A DNA stretch of 64,000 bases, counting the filler, from Octopus bimaculoides (Eukaryota), in the NCBI RefSeq assembly GCF_001194135.2. It is 6 parts of 5 records of this genome, joined end to end, with 100 filler letters (N's around TTAATTAATTAA, not from the genome) between each part and the next. Parts side by side here need not be neighbours in the genome. Positions count along the whole stretch, not along the records: positions 15,770 to 40,497 come from NC_068996.1; 5 more parts are not named here. The stretch is one strand, 5' to 3'. A program made the position numbers and the translations under genes. The notes under the pieces are model-generated. The model saw only the letters and a program-made list of their open reading frames with translations, did not search any database and was not told where the DNA came from. How positions within the stretch are numbered: position 1 is the first letter of the stretch; the number at the start of each line of letters is the position of its first letter. Below, one piece after another: positions 26,111-39,790 of the stretch.

Positions 26111-26114
26111 AAAG

Positions 26115-26200
<86 letters not shown>

Positions 26201-26749
26201 TACGTTGAATGTTTTGATATTGTCATAAACTTATATCAGCGAAGTTGATGGAAGTTGTTGAAAATTAAATAGGAAATAGAAAAAGCCAAAAAATAAAAAG
26301 AAGCAAAAAGCAAAAAAACAAAAGCAAACTTGAATCAATCTCAAATGTTTCTTTTTTACTATTTAAATTTTTGTATTAAAAATATATAAGTGTTACCGTA
26401 TTTAATATAAGAGACATAAAAGAGACAAAAATAATTATGAATTGAAAAATAAAAATAAAAACAATGTAAGTGAGTGACTGGCATAATTCATAGTTCATAT
26501 TTCCCCCCATAAGTAAGGGAGATAATCCCAGATATATTTGGATAGTATTCAAACTTCATCAGCGATGCATAGCCTCATTGTACTTTATCAAACTACAATT
26601 GTAGCTTAGATTTAAATTTATGCATTTATTCAATTGGTTTCTCATCAAAGCCTTACCCACCCAGTAACAGGTTTTAAATATATATTTTATCAATTTTATC
26701 AGCTTGAAACTTGAAAAGAATGATTGAATAAAAACACTCTAAAAATTAT

Positions 26750-26816
26750 GCCCATTCTACACACACATACACACACACACACAGACACGTATTTATGTGT
26801 GTGTGTATGTATATAT

Positions 26817-26894
<78 letters not shown>

Positions 26895-26973
26895 GCACAC
26901 AAACATAAAATACGCACATATGTATACATATAACGTTTCATCTATAATCATCTTATTCACACACACACACACA

Positions 26974-27005
<32 letters not shown>

Positions 27006-27722
27006 TACACACATACACATACGCATACACACATGCACACACACACACACACACACACACGTACACACACGCGCGCAAATGATTGTATGTATCCTCATGC
27101 ACACACATACATATTAAATAGACATACAGGTATTCTCTTCACTCCGACCCCCTCCGGGGGAACTTTAGCTGTGTACCTCATTGCAGATGTTACATCTTTC
27201 TGTTAGGCAACACAATTAACAGTGCTTGCCTAATTTCAATTTTGTCTAATTATGGAAAAATACTGTTCCTGTTCTTTTTCTTTTATTATTTTCCTTTTTT
27301 TTTGTTTACTGTTTTTCTTAATTTTTTTTGTTTTGCAAACATCAATATATTTAATTACGTGCTCCGCACACGCATCCCCCACGCGCTCATACACACACTC
27401 ACATACGCACACATGCTCATACGCACACATGCTCATACGCACATGCACACACACACACATAGACACTCACATACACATATACACTTACACGCACGCACAC
27501 GCACACACACGCTGATACATGCATATACACACATACACACACACACACATACGCACACATGCTCATACACACATGCACACATGCACACAGACACACACAG
27601 ACACAAACATATCCATATACAATTGCACGCGCGCGCACTCAAACACTCACACACTCACACACACATACACACTTGCTCATACACACATGCACACGCACTC
27701 ACACAGACACATATATGCCCAT

Positions 27723-27758
<36 letters not shown>

Positions 27759-27780
27759 ATGCTCATTACTATGTACACGT
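26750..27780. repeat. CA/TA-rich compound microsatellite and degenerate minisatellite
   Basis: Seen directly; source of the HT/CV-rich spurious ORFs. Confidence 0.9.
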
Positions 27781-27871
27781 ACAAGCTATGACTTGAATTT
27801 AATGTTTGTTTACTAAGTGCGTGATTGTAAGCAATTGTGTGGAGTTTCGTCACATTTTAACCATTTAAATA

Positions 27872-29118
27872 TCAGGTCATCCCATAAGTTCTGTCCAATT
27901 TTATCTTTTTTAAAACTGAATGAAATTTAATAGTATTTTAGAATGTCTAATGGGATTAAAGATTATTTTTATGCATTTGTGTACATTTAAACTAATCGAA
28001 TATTATTTTACAGAATAATAGAATTAAAATTTCTTTGATTAAAACCCTTTCTAACATGAAAGTATCCAAAGAGCATTTAAAGCCCATAATGCTTTATGAG
28101 TACAAAAAAGGAAACTGCAGTCAAAGTGACTTGAAACATACACTCAGTTTATGGGAAAGAATGCTTGAATGAAAGAATTTGCAGAAGATGGTTTGCAAAA
28201 TTCAGAAGTGGAGATTTCAGCCTTGTAGATGAAATTCGATGATAAGCTCCTTGAGGCATTACTTGAAGAAAATCCTGCATTATCAGTTGAAGAATTAGCA
28301 ATAAATCTTAGTTCAAACCATACAACTGTTCATCGTCATCTTCAACAACTTGGAAAGGTTCCTAAACTTGGAAAATGGGTGCCTCATGAATTGTCCGAAA
28401 ACAACCGCAAATCCCGAGTTGACATCTGCTCTTCTCTCCATTCTCACGAACTCATTTCACCCTTTTTAGATAGACTTGTGACTGGTGATGAAAAACGAAT
28501 CTTCTATCGAAATGTTAAACGTCGTAAACAGTGGCTTGGTAAAAGGGAAAAAGCTCAACCACAACCGAGAAAGGAATTTCATGGGAAAAAAGGTTCTTCT
28601 CTCTATCTGGTTGGATTGCAAAAGAGTAATTCACTTTGAATTATTACCACCTAATGCAACAATCAATGCTCAAGTCTACTGTCAACAATTAGAGCGTTTG
28701 AACCAATATTTGAAAGAAAAATGACCAGCTTTAGTGAATCGAAAAGGAGTGATGTTTCATCAGGACAATGCGTGGCCCCGCACAGCAAAGATCACATCAC
28801 TGAAGATCGAAGAGCTTGGTTGGGGAAAAATTCCTCATCCACTTTATTCTCCCGACATTGCTCCTTCAGACTACCATTTGTTTCGTAGTTTACAGAATCA
28901 TTTGTGGGATATAACTTTCGCAAGCCAGGAGGAGGTCGAAACTGACATTTCAGAGTTCTTCGCTTTGAAACCAAAAGAGTTTTACATTGATGGGATTAAA
29001 AAGCTTGTAAATAGATGGAAGGAAGTCATAGATAATCAGGGAAAGTACATTGATGATTGAATTTCAATTAAATATAACATTTGATCACTTGTTTTCTTTA
29101 TTCAAAATTCGGACCTGA
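27872..29118 (+). mobile_element. Mariner DNA transposon (DD34D), near full length, inactive
   Basis: TA flanks at 27870-71 and 29119-20. Left TIR TCAGGTCATCCCATAAGTTCTGTCC; right TIR internally deleted. Confidence 0.95.
28056..29060 (+). pseudogene. Mariner transposase pseudogene (frameshifted)
   Basis: MKVSKEHL..RRWFAKFRSGDFSL, WVPHEL, VTGDEK, HQDNA, YSPDIAPSDYHLF; 34 residues lie between the 2nd and 3rd Asp. Split over ORFs 28229-28639, 28485-28724 and 28734-29060. Confidence 0.95.
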
Positions 29119-29269
29119 TATGTCTCGCTAAGTGTGCATATATATACGCGTTGTTGATGGTGATGAGATCTTTCTATCTGTTTCTTTTTACATGATTTCC
29201 AGTCATTGGTCAGCGGATATACATGGGATACCGTCTCACAAATCGATCCCAGTATTTATTTTATATTCT

Positions 29270-29500
29270 ATCAGTTCTCTCTTGCTGAACCGCTGTTTAC
29301 AGGACCGTAAACAAACCAACGCTATTTGTGAAGAGGTGTTGGGGAAAAGACATAACACCCCGCCCAACACACACACACGATGGGCTTCTTTCAGTCTTCG
29401 TCACCAAATTCACTTAGTGGAAGACACTTGCTCAACGTGCCGCACTGTGGGACCGAACTCCAGACCACATGGTTCGGAAGCATGCTTTTCAATCGCACAA
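29270..29500 (-). mobile_element. SINE family A, degenerate
   Basis: Contains GAAGACACTTGCTCAA, GCACTGTGGGACCGAAC and ACCACATGGTT. Confidence 0.7.
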
Positions 29501-29698
29501 CCATAATGATAATGTTCTTGGAATAACTGTTTTTGTTGTTGTAATTGTTTAGCTCTACGGAGCCAAACAATTGCAACATATGAATACATACATGCCTACA
29601 TACATACATACATATATACATATGCATGCATGTATGCATGTATGTATGTATGTATGTATATATATGTGCATATATATGTGTGTGTGTCGGTGGGTTGG

Positions 29699-29730
<32 letters not shown>

Positions 29731-30268
29731 NNNNNNNNNNNNNNNNNNNNNNNNNNNNNNNNNNNNNNNNNNNNNNNNNNNNNNNNNNNNNNNNNNNNNN
29801 NNNNNNNNNNNNNNNNNNNNNNNNNNNNNNNNNNNNNNNNNNNNNNNNNNNNNNNNNNNNNNNNNNNNNNNNNNNNNNNNNNNNNNNNNNNNNNNNNNNN
29901 NNNNNNNNNNNNNNNNNNNNNNNNNNNNNNNNNNNNNNNNNNNNNNNNNNNNNNNNNNNNNNNNNNNNNNNNNNNNNNNNNNNNNNNNNNNNNNNNNNNN
30001 NNNNNNNNNNNNNNNNNNNNNNNNNNNNNNNNNNNNNNNNNNNNNNNNNNNNNNNNNNNNNNNNNNNNNNNNNNNNNNNNNNNNNNNNNNNNNNNNNNNN
30101 NNNNNNNNNNNNNNNNNNNNNNNNNNNNNNNNNNNNNNNNNNNNNNNNNNNNNNNNNNNNNNNNNNNNNNNNNNNNNNNNNNNNNNNNNNNNNNNNNNNN
30201 NNNNNNNNNNNNNNNNNNNNNNNNNNNNNNNNNNNNNNNNNNNNNNNNNNNNNNNNNNNNNNNNNNNN

Positions 30269-30307
<39 letters not shown>

Positions 30308-30599
30308 CATATATAAGCATGAATACACACACACACACACACACATAGACATGCACAATATATATACACACACATACATACACATGCACAAGCATAAGCA
30401 TGCATATATTTGTACATCTATACATACATGCATACATACATACATGCATGCATACATACATACATACATACATACATACTTGCATACATACATACACACA
30501 TGCAGGCATACATACATTCATACATTTTTATCAATGTCCTGATTATTATTCTAATACTGAATGCTAAATGGTCCATGTATTTAGTAATTCATGAAAATA

Positions 30600-31760
30600 T
30601 TACCCATGATAGAACTTGTAACAGCACTAGTACCAACAGTACTAATACCAACATATAGGATACTTACCTGGTCTACAGATGAAACCCGCTTCATAGATAT
30701 TAATACCCACAAAAATGTTTGAATAATTCCGAGCGTACAGCTGTTCCGTAAGAGTAACAGTAACTTGGAGAAGAAATATTCATCATACCAGCAGAGAGTT
30801 ATCCACAAAAGTAGTGATATTGACTGACTCTATCACTGAAAGAAAAAGGAAAGAGAGGCATAGACGACTTTTAACTGTCGCATGATGTCACTCAATCATG
30901 AGTAGCAAATACAGCAGTCAAGTCTGAAAATGAAATAACTTCCGGAGAGTCTGCTGTGAACTCCTCATGAAACATTCATTTTGGAGATGATTTTTCATAT
31001 AACAATAGAGTTAGAGGATTTGCGTTCTTCTACAAGGGCTGGAAGAGAAACACTGCATATGGCGCAAAGGTTATGGTTGGGCGTTTCTTGTTAACTTGAA
31101 AATTATGCTTTTGCAATCCAAGGATGTAATATGTAATCCTATATGCAACCACAAGTGTCGATTATGCCACCCTTTAGTGGATGACCGTACAAACAATCTG
31201 CAGCTGTCCAAAATGTCATCAAGGTACTACTTCTCACTGCAATATGATGTTATTAATAAAACAATATACAATGCGAGCAAAGTAGTTACTTCTAAAATCA
31301 CTAAACGAGATATAAGTAGTAACAATACTGGACGGGTAATGACCCAGAAACCATGGTCTACTGGTCTAGCTGGAGGGGAGTGATTCACTCTCTTACTCAC
31401 AATATATTGGACACAGGTTATGTGTCGTTAACCAGCTGAAAAAGACGTTTTCCTGGGATTAAAATGCAGTAACACAGTCTTGTATAGAACAGCCATGTTC
31501 TAGTGGCAAAAAGATGTTACCGCCAATATACAATGCCATCCGCAGAAAAGACTGCCCTGTTATAAATATAAACAACGTCGCTATCGTTGAGTACATACAT
31601 ACATATCAGCACAAGGAATATTCTAGCAAGAGCAAATATAACATATGTGACATAGTTATTTGGGACCGAAAACAAAAATCTTGTTCAGTTATAGAGGTTA
31701 GTTATCCTGCAAATGTGAACATAACTTCGAAAATCAGCGAGAATGAGGATGTCTTTCTTG
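30600..31760 (+). pseudogene. RLE-type non-LTR retrotransposon remnant (NeSL/HERO-like ORF C-terminus)
   Basis: GILTWSTDE, HKSSDID*LY..KKKGKRG, and ICDIVIWDRKQKSCSVIEVSYPANVNIT (PD..D-type restriction-like endonuclease motif). Confidence 0.7.
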
Positions 31761-31817
31761 GTAAACAGTTTCGAAACTAGTGATTCTTCTGCTCTGTTTA
31801 AGAATTTATATTCGTAC

Positions 31818-31975
31818 CAGGGACGAGCTGAGAGTATTAAGGGCCCTCGGGCAAAACTGTTTACCGGCCCCCTTTCCATGTGTGTTTTAGTAGAGTTAAC
31901 ATGTAGAGTGCGGGCCCCTCAGAGCTCCGGGCCCTTGGGCAGTGCCCGATTGACCGACGGTTCCGTCCGCTCCTG
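31818..31975. mobile_element. hAT-type MITE (158 bp)
   Basis: 8-bp TSD ATTCGTAC / ATTCATAC, CAGG...CCTG termini, internal GGGCCC motifs. Confidence 0.75.
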
Positions 31976-32039
31976 ATTCATACTTACATACATACAAGCG
32001 TGCTTGCGTACATGCATACGTACACGTATAAGTGCGGGC

Positions 32040-32420
32040 TTACTTACGAACAAAGTACATAACATGGTTCAGGGTTCAGTCCCACTGCGTAGCACCTTGG
32101 GCAAGTATCTTCTACTACAACCTCGGGCCGACCAAAACCTTGTGAATAGATTTGGTAGACGGAAACTGAAAGAGGCCCGTTGTGTGTGTGTGTGTGTGCA
32201 TTATACGTGTATTTTTGTAGCTGTGTTTGTTCCCCCTACTGTTTGACGACCAGTGCTGGTGTGTTTACGGTTCCGTGACTTAGGGGTTCGACAAAATATA
32301 CGGATAAAATAAGTACCAGACTTTAAAGAAATAAGTACCGGGGTTGAATCGTTCGACTAAAATTCTTCAAGGCGGCATCCCTGAATGGCCGCAGTCTAAT
32401 GACTTGAAACGAGTAAAATA
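32040..32420 (+). mobile_element. SINE family A, full length, diverged
   Basis: Colinear with 18055-18510; the internal slot holds (TG)n. Confidence 0.85.
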
Positions 32421-33059
32421 TACATACTCATATACTAACATATGTACATTCATACGTATATGTCTACATACGTATATGCTGACTGCGTCTCACTTTCGAG
32501 CTATGTCAATGCTTGATTGTTGTCTCAGATATGAAATTCACGGATGTGGTTTTCAGTCGTGCTATGAGCCTAAGCTCTTTTACACAGATGTTTCTGACCG
32601 GTGCCTATAACAGCAGATGTTCAGAGAACTTACAACCCACGCTGAAACATGTCTTTGTTTCATCATGAAAGTTTTCCTTGGGTGTTTTGCCTTTCAGCTA
32701 CTGCTAGCTAGACTATTCATTACGTAATAGTGATGTTAAGAATTGTGATGTCAGTGTCAGAAGCTTTTTAAAGTGAGGAAAGGCCTTGCACTGGCTCAAT
32801 CGCACTCCTTGAAGAGCGTGTGTATTTGCCTAAAAATGTCAGGTCAATCTTAGTACTACTAGTAATATGTAATCCAGTACAACTTGTCGTAAGGCCGTCG
32901 GCGACTACACCGCCAGCCCTATCAAACCTGTCAAAGTGCGGATGAGTAGAGTCAAAGACCATTCAAAAACTGGGAATGAGCTACGTTAGTTTTTCTTTAG
33001 ATATTTTCTAGAAAGAAAATTCTGATGTAACACCAGCAACTTCGTTTGCATCGAATGAT

Positions 33060-33710
33060 GTAGACTAGCTCGTTTTGAGATGCAAATATATACATATACT
33101 CATACCAACATTTGACCGGCTCGACTGGACGTCAGATAAGTTCCAGGCTATTAATGCTAAAAGCCGAAAATTGTTAACTCATCCCCGGAATTTCTACATC
33201 AACATTGATTCACACCGCCCCTACTTAAAGCGAAAACAAGGGAGTAAAGGCTTTAGCCCGATCCAAACAACCTCTGAATGTCACATATCGCTTCGGCAAA
33301 TATCGAAATCCTTTCGTGGATCAAGTTTGCATACATGTAGCATTATGCGACTAGGAAAGGAGGTTCTCAGAAAGTATTTCCTGGTTGATGGCCTAGGATA
33401 TACACCCGGAGAAACTGAACAAACTGTACCTCAACAGGCTATTGGAAGAGATGCTTGTCCTTTGACGACCTAATGTCTAATTTGTTCCTCGTTGATGGAA
33501 TACGTGTCAAAACAGATTGTGAAACTCATGCTCATATCTGAAATTTATCAATGTTGCTGCTGATATCTTTCAAAGAATGTGTTTTTGCTTTCGATATGCG
33601 TCTTTAATTCGATTCCTTAAGACGGTAGGGGTGGTGCAAAGATTGAGAGAGATTTGGCAGATATCTCGAGCATGTAGAGCGACCACATAGAAAACCTTCC
33701 ATTTCTTGTT
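33060..33710. pseudogene. Second RLE-type LINE remnant, fragments apparently on both strands
   Basis: Plus 33100-33255: LIPTFDRLDWT..KSRKLLT..NF.IN.D..R.YLKRKQGSKG. Minus 33270-33700 is weakly similar to downstream motifs (..AINQEI). Confidence 0.5.
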
Positions 33711-33789
33711 CGTACCATAATGGTATTGATATAATTGTTACTGTCCTTTTTGTTTTTCAGTATTTCATGAAACGATACTTTTCTTTATT

Positions 33790-33990
33790 ATTAAATCCAA
33801 AAAGGCTGCGAGCTGGCAGAGTCCTTAAGCACGCCGGGACAAAATGCTTAGCGGCGTTTCGTCCATCTTTACGTTCTGAGTTCAAATGTCGCCGAGATCG
33901 TCTTTGCCACTCAACCTTTCGGATATGTGATCGACTTAACCCATACCACACAATTTCAGGCCTTGTGCCTATAGCAGAAAGAATTATCAT
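33790..33990 (+). mobile_element. SINE family B, internally deleted
   Basis: GCGAGCTGGCAGA..TTAGCGGCGTTTCGTCC..GGCCTTGTGCCTATAG. Confidence 0.75.
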
Positions 33991-36109
33991 TAACACTTTA
34001 TCAGATTCGGGCCAATGGAGAAATGGTAGGTGTTGTCACTGTAATAGTAACTGTAATTGTAGCTGTTACTTGAAGATAAGTGTTAAATTTCACCGATCCA
34101 GGAATCTAAAGGTAGTACAGCTTAAATACGGTAGACGGCAGCAGCAGCAGCAGCAGCGACAGCAGCAGTAGCACTATATTACTGATAAATAGATTCACTT
34201 TTCAGTCAAAATTCTCGTCTTCACAGTTCGGCGAGGTCAGGTCTTTTCCCGCAGTCACTGTGATCGGAGATAGGAGTGGGGGGGAATAATTATAATGTGT
34301 GATCGTGTGTAAGAAAAATGTATATTGTATGTATTTAGGTAATGCTTGCATTTATGTGTGTGAATGTATGTATTTATGTACGTATATATGTGTATACGCA
34401 CATACACACACACACACACACTTGTATATACATGCACATAAGTGCCGGTGCAAGATACTCTTGATTCACTCTAACTTCTGTCGATTAATAATAAATATAT
34501 ATATACTCATGAAATTATATATATACTCATATTTTGAATTCTATTTTCCAATTTGTATCACCTAACCTATCTATACATATATGTGAATATATATATATAT
34601 ATATATANNNNNNNNNNNNNNNNNNNNNNNNNNNNNNNNNNNNNNNNNNNNNNNNNNNNNNNNNNNNNNNNNNNNNNNNNNNNNNNNNNNNNNNNNNNNN
34701 NNNNNNNNNNNNNNNNNNNNNNNNNNNNNNNNNNNNNNNNNNNNNNNNNNNNNNNNNNNNNNNNNNNNNNNNNNNNNNNNNNNNNNNNNNNNNNNNNNNN
34801 NNNNNNNNNNNNNNNNNNNNNNNNNNNNNNNNNNNNNNNNNNNNNNNNNNNNNNNNNNNNNNNNNNNNNNNNNNNNNNNNNNNNNNNNNNNNNNNNNNNN
34901 NNNNNNNNNNNNNNNNNNNNNNNNNNNNNNNNNNNNNNNNNNNNNNNNNNNNNNNNNNNNNNNNNNNNNNNNNNNNNNNNNNNNNNNNNNNNNNNNNNNN
35001 NNNNNNNNNNNNNNNNNNNNNNNNNNNNNNNNNNNNNNNNNNNNNNNNNNNNNNNNNNNNNNNNNNNNNNNNNNNNNNNNNNNNNNNNNNNNNNNNNNNN
35101 NNNNNNNNNTATATATATATATATGTATATGTATATACATATACATACACAGCACATTCGCATGTATGTGTGTGTATCTATCTATGTATCTAGATGGATA
35201 GATAGATAATGTATGTAATTCTATATGCATAAGATAAAAGATTTAAGAGAAAGATCTTGTGTTTAACTCTAGGTCAAGTAAAACCCAACACAGCTATTTC
35301 CAAAGATGTCGAAACTTTCATATATCTAGGAGTAAAGTAGACGTCCCGTTCTTCGTTTGTTCTTAAGACAGTAATTATGATTTGGTTGCTATTTTTAGCA
35401 GGTAGTGTCACGGCTTAATGGTGATTCCTTTGTTGCTTTGTGGGTAATGGAAGGAGATGGTAGGTGAGGTAGTGTTATGTGCATATGTTGACACACCTCA
35501 CACCTCTATCTGTGTAATGGTAGTTGCTATCAGGAGTCCCATTACACGTCGCCCTCCTTACCTTACCTACCTCCAATACACATTTAATAATAGGGAGAGA
35601 GGAGGGAGGGGAGGAACCCCTTCTATTAGTTGTTCGACGTGCTGGAGATAGCAGTCAAGTGTAGTTTTTAAAAAATCTTATTCTTTATCTTGAAATGGAT
35701 AGAACTATTGGATAATGTAGTTTTATGTAAAACAATATATGGAAATAAATAAATGATAGAGTCACGATCCGAACACATTTGATCATAGGTATATTGACTA
35801 AATCTAAACCTAGTACTAAGCAACTACTGCAATATGCAGTCATATTTATCATTAGTTTCAAATGTATGTATGTATGTATGTATGTAAGTACACGCGCACA
35901 CGCGCTCCCATACACCTTTTGCATGTTTCAATCATTGGACTGCAGCCTTGCTAGAGCAACGCTTTGAAGGGCTGCAGTTGAAAAAACCGACTCCAGTACT
36001 GTTACCCTTTTTAAAGTCTGGTATTCATTCTATGTTTGCTTTACTGTTATGTATATATGTATGCATGTATGTATGTATGTATGTATGCATGCATTCACGT
36101 ATATACATT

Positions 36110-36140
<31 letters not shown>

Positions 36141-36463
36141 TTATATATATATATATATATTTATATGTATTTTATATCTACGCATCATATATATTATAGT
36201 AATCCATGTGTATGTATGCGTGCATATATACATATACATATACATACATATATATATATANNNNNNNNNNNNNNNNNNNNNNNNNNNNNNNNNNNNNNNN
36301 NNNNNNNNNNNNNNNNNNNNNNNNNNNNNNNNNNNNNNNNNNNNNNNNNNNNNNNNNNNNNNNNNNNNNNNNNNNNNNNNNNNNNNNNNNNNNNNNNNNN
36401 NNNNNNNNNNNNNNNNNNNNNNNNNNNNNNNNNNNNNNNNNNNNNNNNNNNNNNNNNNNNNNN

Positions 36464-36512
<49 letters not shown>

Positions 36513-36672
36513 ATATACATATCCATATATATATATATATGTATATATATATATGTATGTATGTATGTATGCATGTTTGCATACCTAGAGAGAGAAAGGG
36601 GTGAGAAAGAAAGAGAAAAAGAGAGTAAAAAATCTATCTACCTATCTATCTATCTATACATACATACATACA

Positions 36673-36705
<33 letters not shown>

Positions 36706-36972
36706 GTACATATGAGAGAAAGAGAGAGGTAGAGGGAAATAGTGAGAGTGTAATGTTAGCCAGCTTACACAACACCCTACCCACATAATCACACACATCT
36801 ATATCACAACAACAACAACATTCCGTGCCATGACCTACCTATGACCCACACCACTTTTTGTTATTTTATTTTGTTTTCCAGATTTTTTTTTTCTTTGAGG
36901 CTTCTAAGGTTTTGTTCATTCTCTTTTTTTCTTTTATATTTTGAGTTTGTTTTACTTCTTTTGTTCTCCCCT

Positions 36973-36997
36973 ATTAGTAGTAGTAGTAGTGGTAGTA

Positions 36998-37054
<57 letters not shown>

Positions 37055-37259
37055 GGTGTGTTGACGTTGGTAGCAGTAGCAGTAGTAGTAGTATTAGTAG
37101 TAGTGATGATGGTAATAGTAATAGTGGTGGTAGTGGCGGCGGCGGCGGCGGCGGCAGCAGCAGCGATGGTGGCTGTGGCGGTAATAGTTGTAGTGATGGT
37201 GACAATAGTAGAAGTGGTAGTGGTGGTGGTGGTGGTGGTGGTGGTGGCAGTGATGGCGG

Positions 37260-37295
<36 letters not shown>

Positions 37296-37320
37296 ACAAC
37301 AACAGCAACAGCAGCAGCTA
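36973..37320. repeat. Compound trinucleotide array (TAG)n(GGC)n(GGT)n(AAC/AGC)n
   Basis: Seen directly. Confidence 0.95.
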
Positions 37321-38454
37321 TCGTTCCTAATCAAGGCACAAAGACAACTGTTGACATTGTGAGGAGTGAAATGGTTATAGTCGAAGCAAGTGGTGTCTAG
37401 TTCAATACTCGGTCGTTGCGTACGCTCACCACCAGCGTCCCTCCCTTGTTCATGGTTAGAGGTTTTCACTCGTAAAATCATGATGTAGGAAACTAAAGGC
37501 TGCTAAGTTAAATGCAAGTTAACATTAATGTAGTGGGACAAAAAAATAATTTGCAATTAAAATGAGAAAGCTCATTAACACTAATGATAATTAATGTGGA
37601 AAGGGAAAGAACTCAGAAATTTAAATCGATTAAATGGACACATGTGATAGAGGGTGGTGGTGTAATATTTGTATAATACCGAGATCACCTTAGACATGTT
37701 TCGTTCTTATGTGATCTTTTCAGTGAAGTTTAGTTTATCAGGGATGCCTTCTGCATGAAAAATATACAGCTAAGTGCAGGCTAACGTAGTGAGATTAAAT
37801 TATTAATAACTGACCTGGTGACGAAAACACTTTGACATATCTAGCTGATTTATTTATTTACCAAGATAGAAATCAAACAATCGATTAGTTAGCTGGATTA
37901 AATGGTTAACCAATTGATAAAAATAATAAAAGAAGTAAAATAGAACCAGTGCGTGTATTTGTTATTTTATTATTGGCATAGTGACCGTCACAAATTACAA
38001 TAAAGTGATTTATTAAAATGACAGTGATAATGATAAAATAAGTCATTAAGAGTTAATGACTGTATTCGTGAAGAAAGTGAAAGGAAACGACTCAAAGGAT
38101 TTCTGAAATCTTGTATACTCCGGCTAATTACAATCGTTTTTAGCCTACGATAGAAATGAAAGTTTCTAGAATGAAATTTATATCAAATCAATAAGAGTCT
38201 AATGTTATATTTCGACGTTTTTTTTTTTTTTGTATATATAATTAAAAATTGAAAAAAAAAATGTTTCTTCTCTGGTGGAAACCTTTATGTTAGATATAGC
38301 AGTCCAATCTTCCCGAAATCCCTCCCTGCCAGCTTAAAAAGCAATGGGGTGTATATTTAATAATTTGGCCCCAAAAACACACATTTCAACAAGGAAACAT
38401 TGTCATTAAATATTTACTTATAAAATGTTAATTAATATGTTATCTATAACAGCT

Positions 38455-38680
38455 AAATCACTCTCTCCTTCCCGAGTCATATAGATTCATAGGATCCGTC
38501 TCCTGGACCGCTGGTCTGACGCAGGGCTACTCATTTTAACCAGCTGAGTGGACTGGAGCAATGTGAAAAGAAGTGTCTTGCTCTTGAACACAATGCACCG
38601 CCCGGTCCAGGAATCGAAACCACAATCTTACGATCATGAGTCCAACACCCTTAACCCTTAAACCACGCGCATCTACTTAA
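38455..38680 (-). mobile_element. tRNA-headed SINE family D
   Basis: B-box GGTTTCGATTCCTGG on the minus strand; similar to 8760-8968. Confidence 0.65.
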
Positions 38681-39500
38681 ACCTCTCTCTAATGACTTGG
38701 AAAATGAGAGTGAAACATTGAATAATGTAGTCCTTGATAGGATAGTCATCGCTAGGACGCCTTACATTATAGATTAAACAGATACTTTTTTCTACCATGA
38801 AACACAAGGCCTGAAATCCTGAAAAGACGAAAGGATGAAAGGCAAAGTCGGATTCAGAATGTAAAGCAGGAAGAAATGCCGCTGAGCATTAACGATTCTG
38901 CCAGGTCGCCGCCTTAACATCTACAAATAATGAAATGTAAGACTGAGACAAGATCACAAATGTATACGAGTGTAGTGACGTCATATTGGCGCCAAAAAGG
39001 CATAGTCGCCATTGCTGAATCCTTAACCACGCATGCGTGGATTTCAACATCCAAGCGTTCCCGCTTCTATTCTGTCTCTTTACCGCTTCTATTCTGTCTC
39101 TTTACCACGCCAGACAGTGACCAAGCAAGACGTCTAAACAAGCTCTCATTGAGTGTGGTTGAACCAAGTTGTCTCTACAACGATTCATCTCTAGGGACAG
39201 TACATCTACATTCAGGCTACTCAGAAACCGGACAATTGGAAGCTGTTTATTTTCCACCATAAAATAAATATTTGTTGTTGTTGATCAGTTTGGAGTTTCT
39301 GCGTTCCGTTCACTTCTAATTTAATATAGGAAAGTTAGGTGTACATCTAATGATGTATAACCCACTTTCCTAAACGAGTTTAGAGGTACTGCTAACGTAT
39401 ACGGGTATAGGGGCATAGCCAATGAAATTCCTCCTTATTATAACCTCATTGCATTCCATAATTGTGGATTCGAGAAGGATGAAAGCATGCTCGCCGCTAC

Positions 39501-39563
<63 letters not shown>

Positions 39564-39569
39564 ACGTGT

Positions 39570-39790
39570 GTTTTGGGGGTACACTGGACGGCACTGCTCG
39601 CTCACTTTTCAATGATACACCCTCAAATTTAGAAAGTACAGTTTACAAAAATCTTCCCGATATACATTTCTTGAATTCTGACTAACATGGCCGTCGCTAA
39701 AGGGGTGCACTGGACAACACTGCCCCCTCACTATTCAATGGTGCACCCTCAGGTTTAGACAATACAGTTTACAAAAATATTCTCCGTGAC
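39570..39790. repeat. ~85-bp direct duplication at ~128-bp spacing (GGGGT.CACTGGAC...CAGTTTACAAAAAT)
   Basis: Seen directly; probably part of a non-autonomous DNA element. Confidence 0.7.

Noticed and set aside
28229-29060. SETMAR-like host gene
   Set aside because: No SET domain; the ORF is frameshifted and bounded by TIRs and TA duplications, so it is a free mariner copy.
30660-30671. ATACTTACCTGG, matching the U1 snRNA 5' end and a perfect minus-strand splice donor
   Set aside because: No further U1 sequence follows, and the bases encode GILTWSTDE within the RLE LINE fossil.
38930-39262. 110-aa ORF with nearby TGACGTCA and ATTGG motifs (promoter-like)
   Set aside because: No recognisable protein, it contains a 22-bp tandem duplication, and short motifs alone do not establish a promoter.
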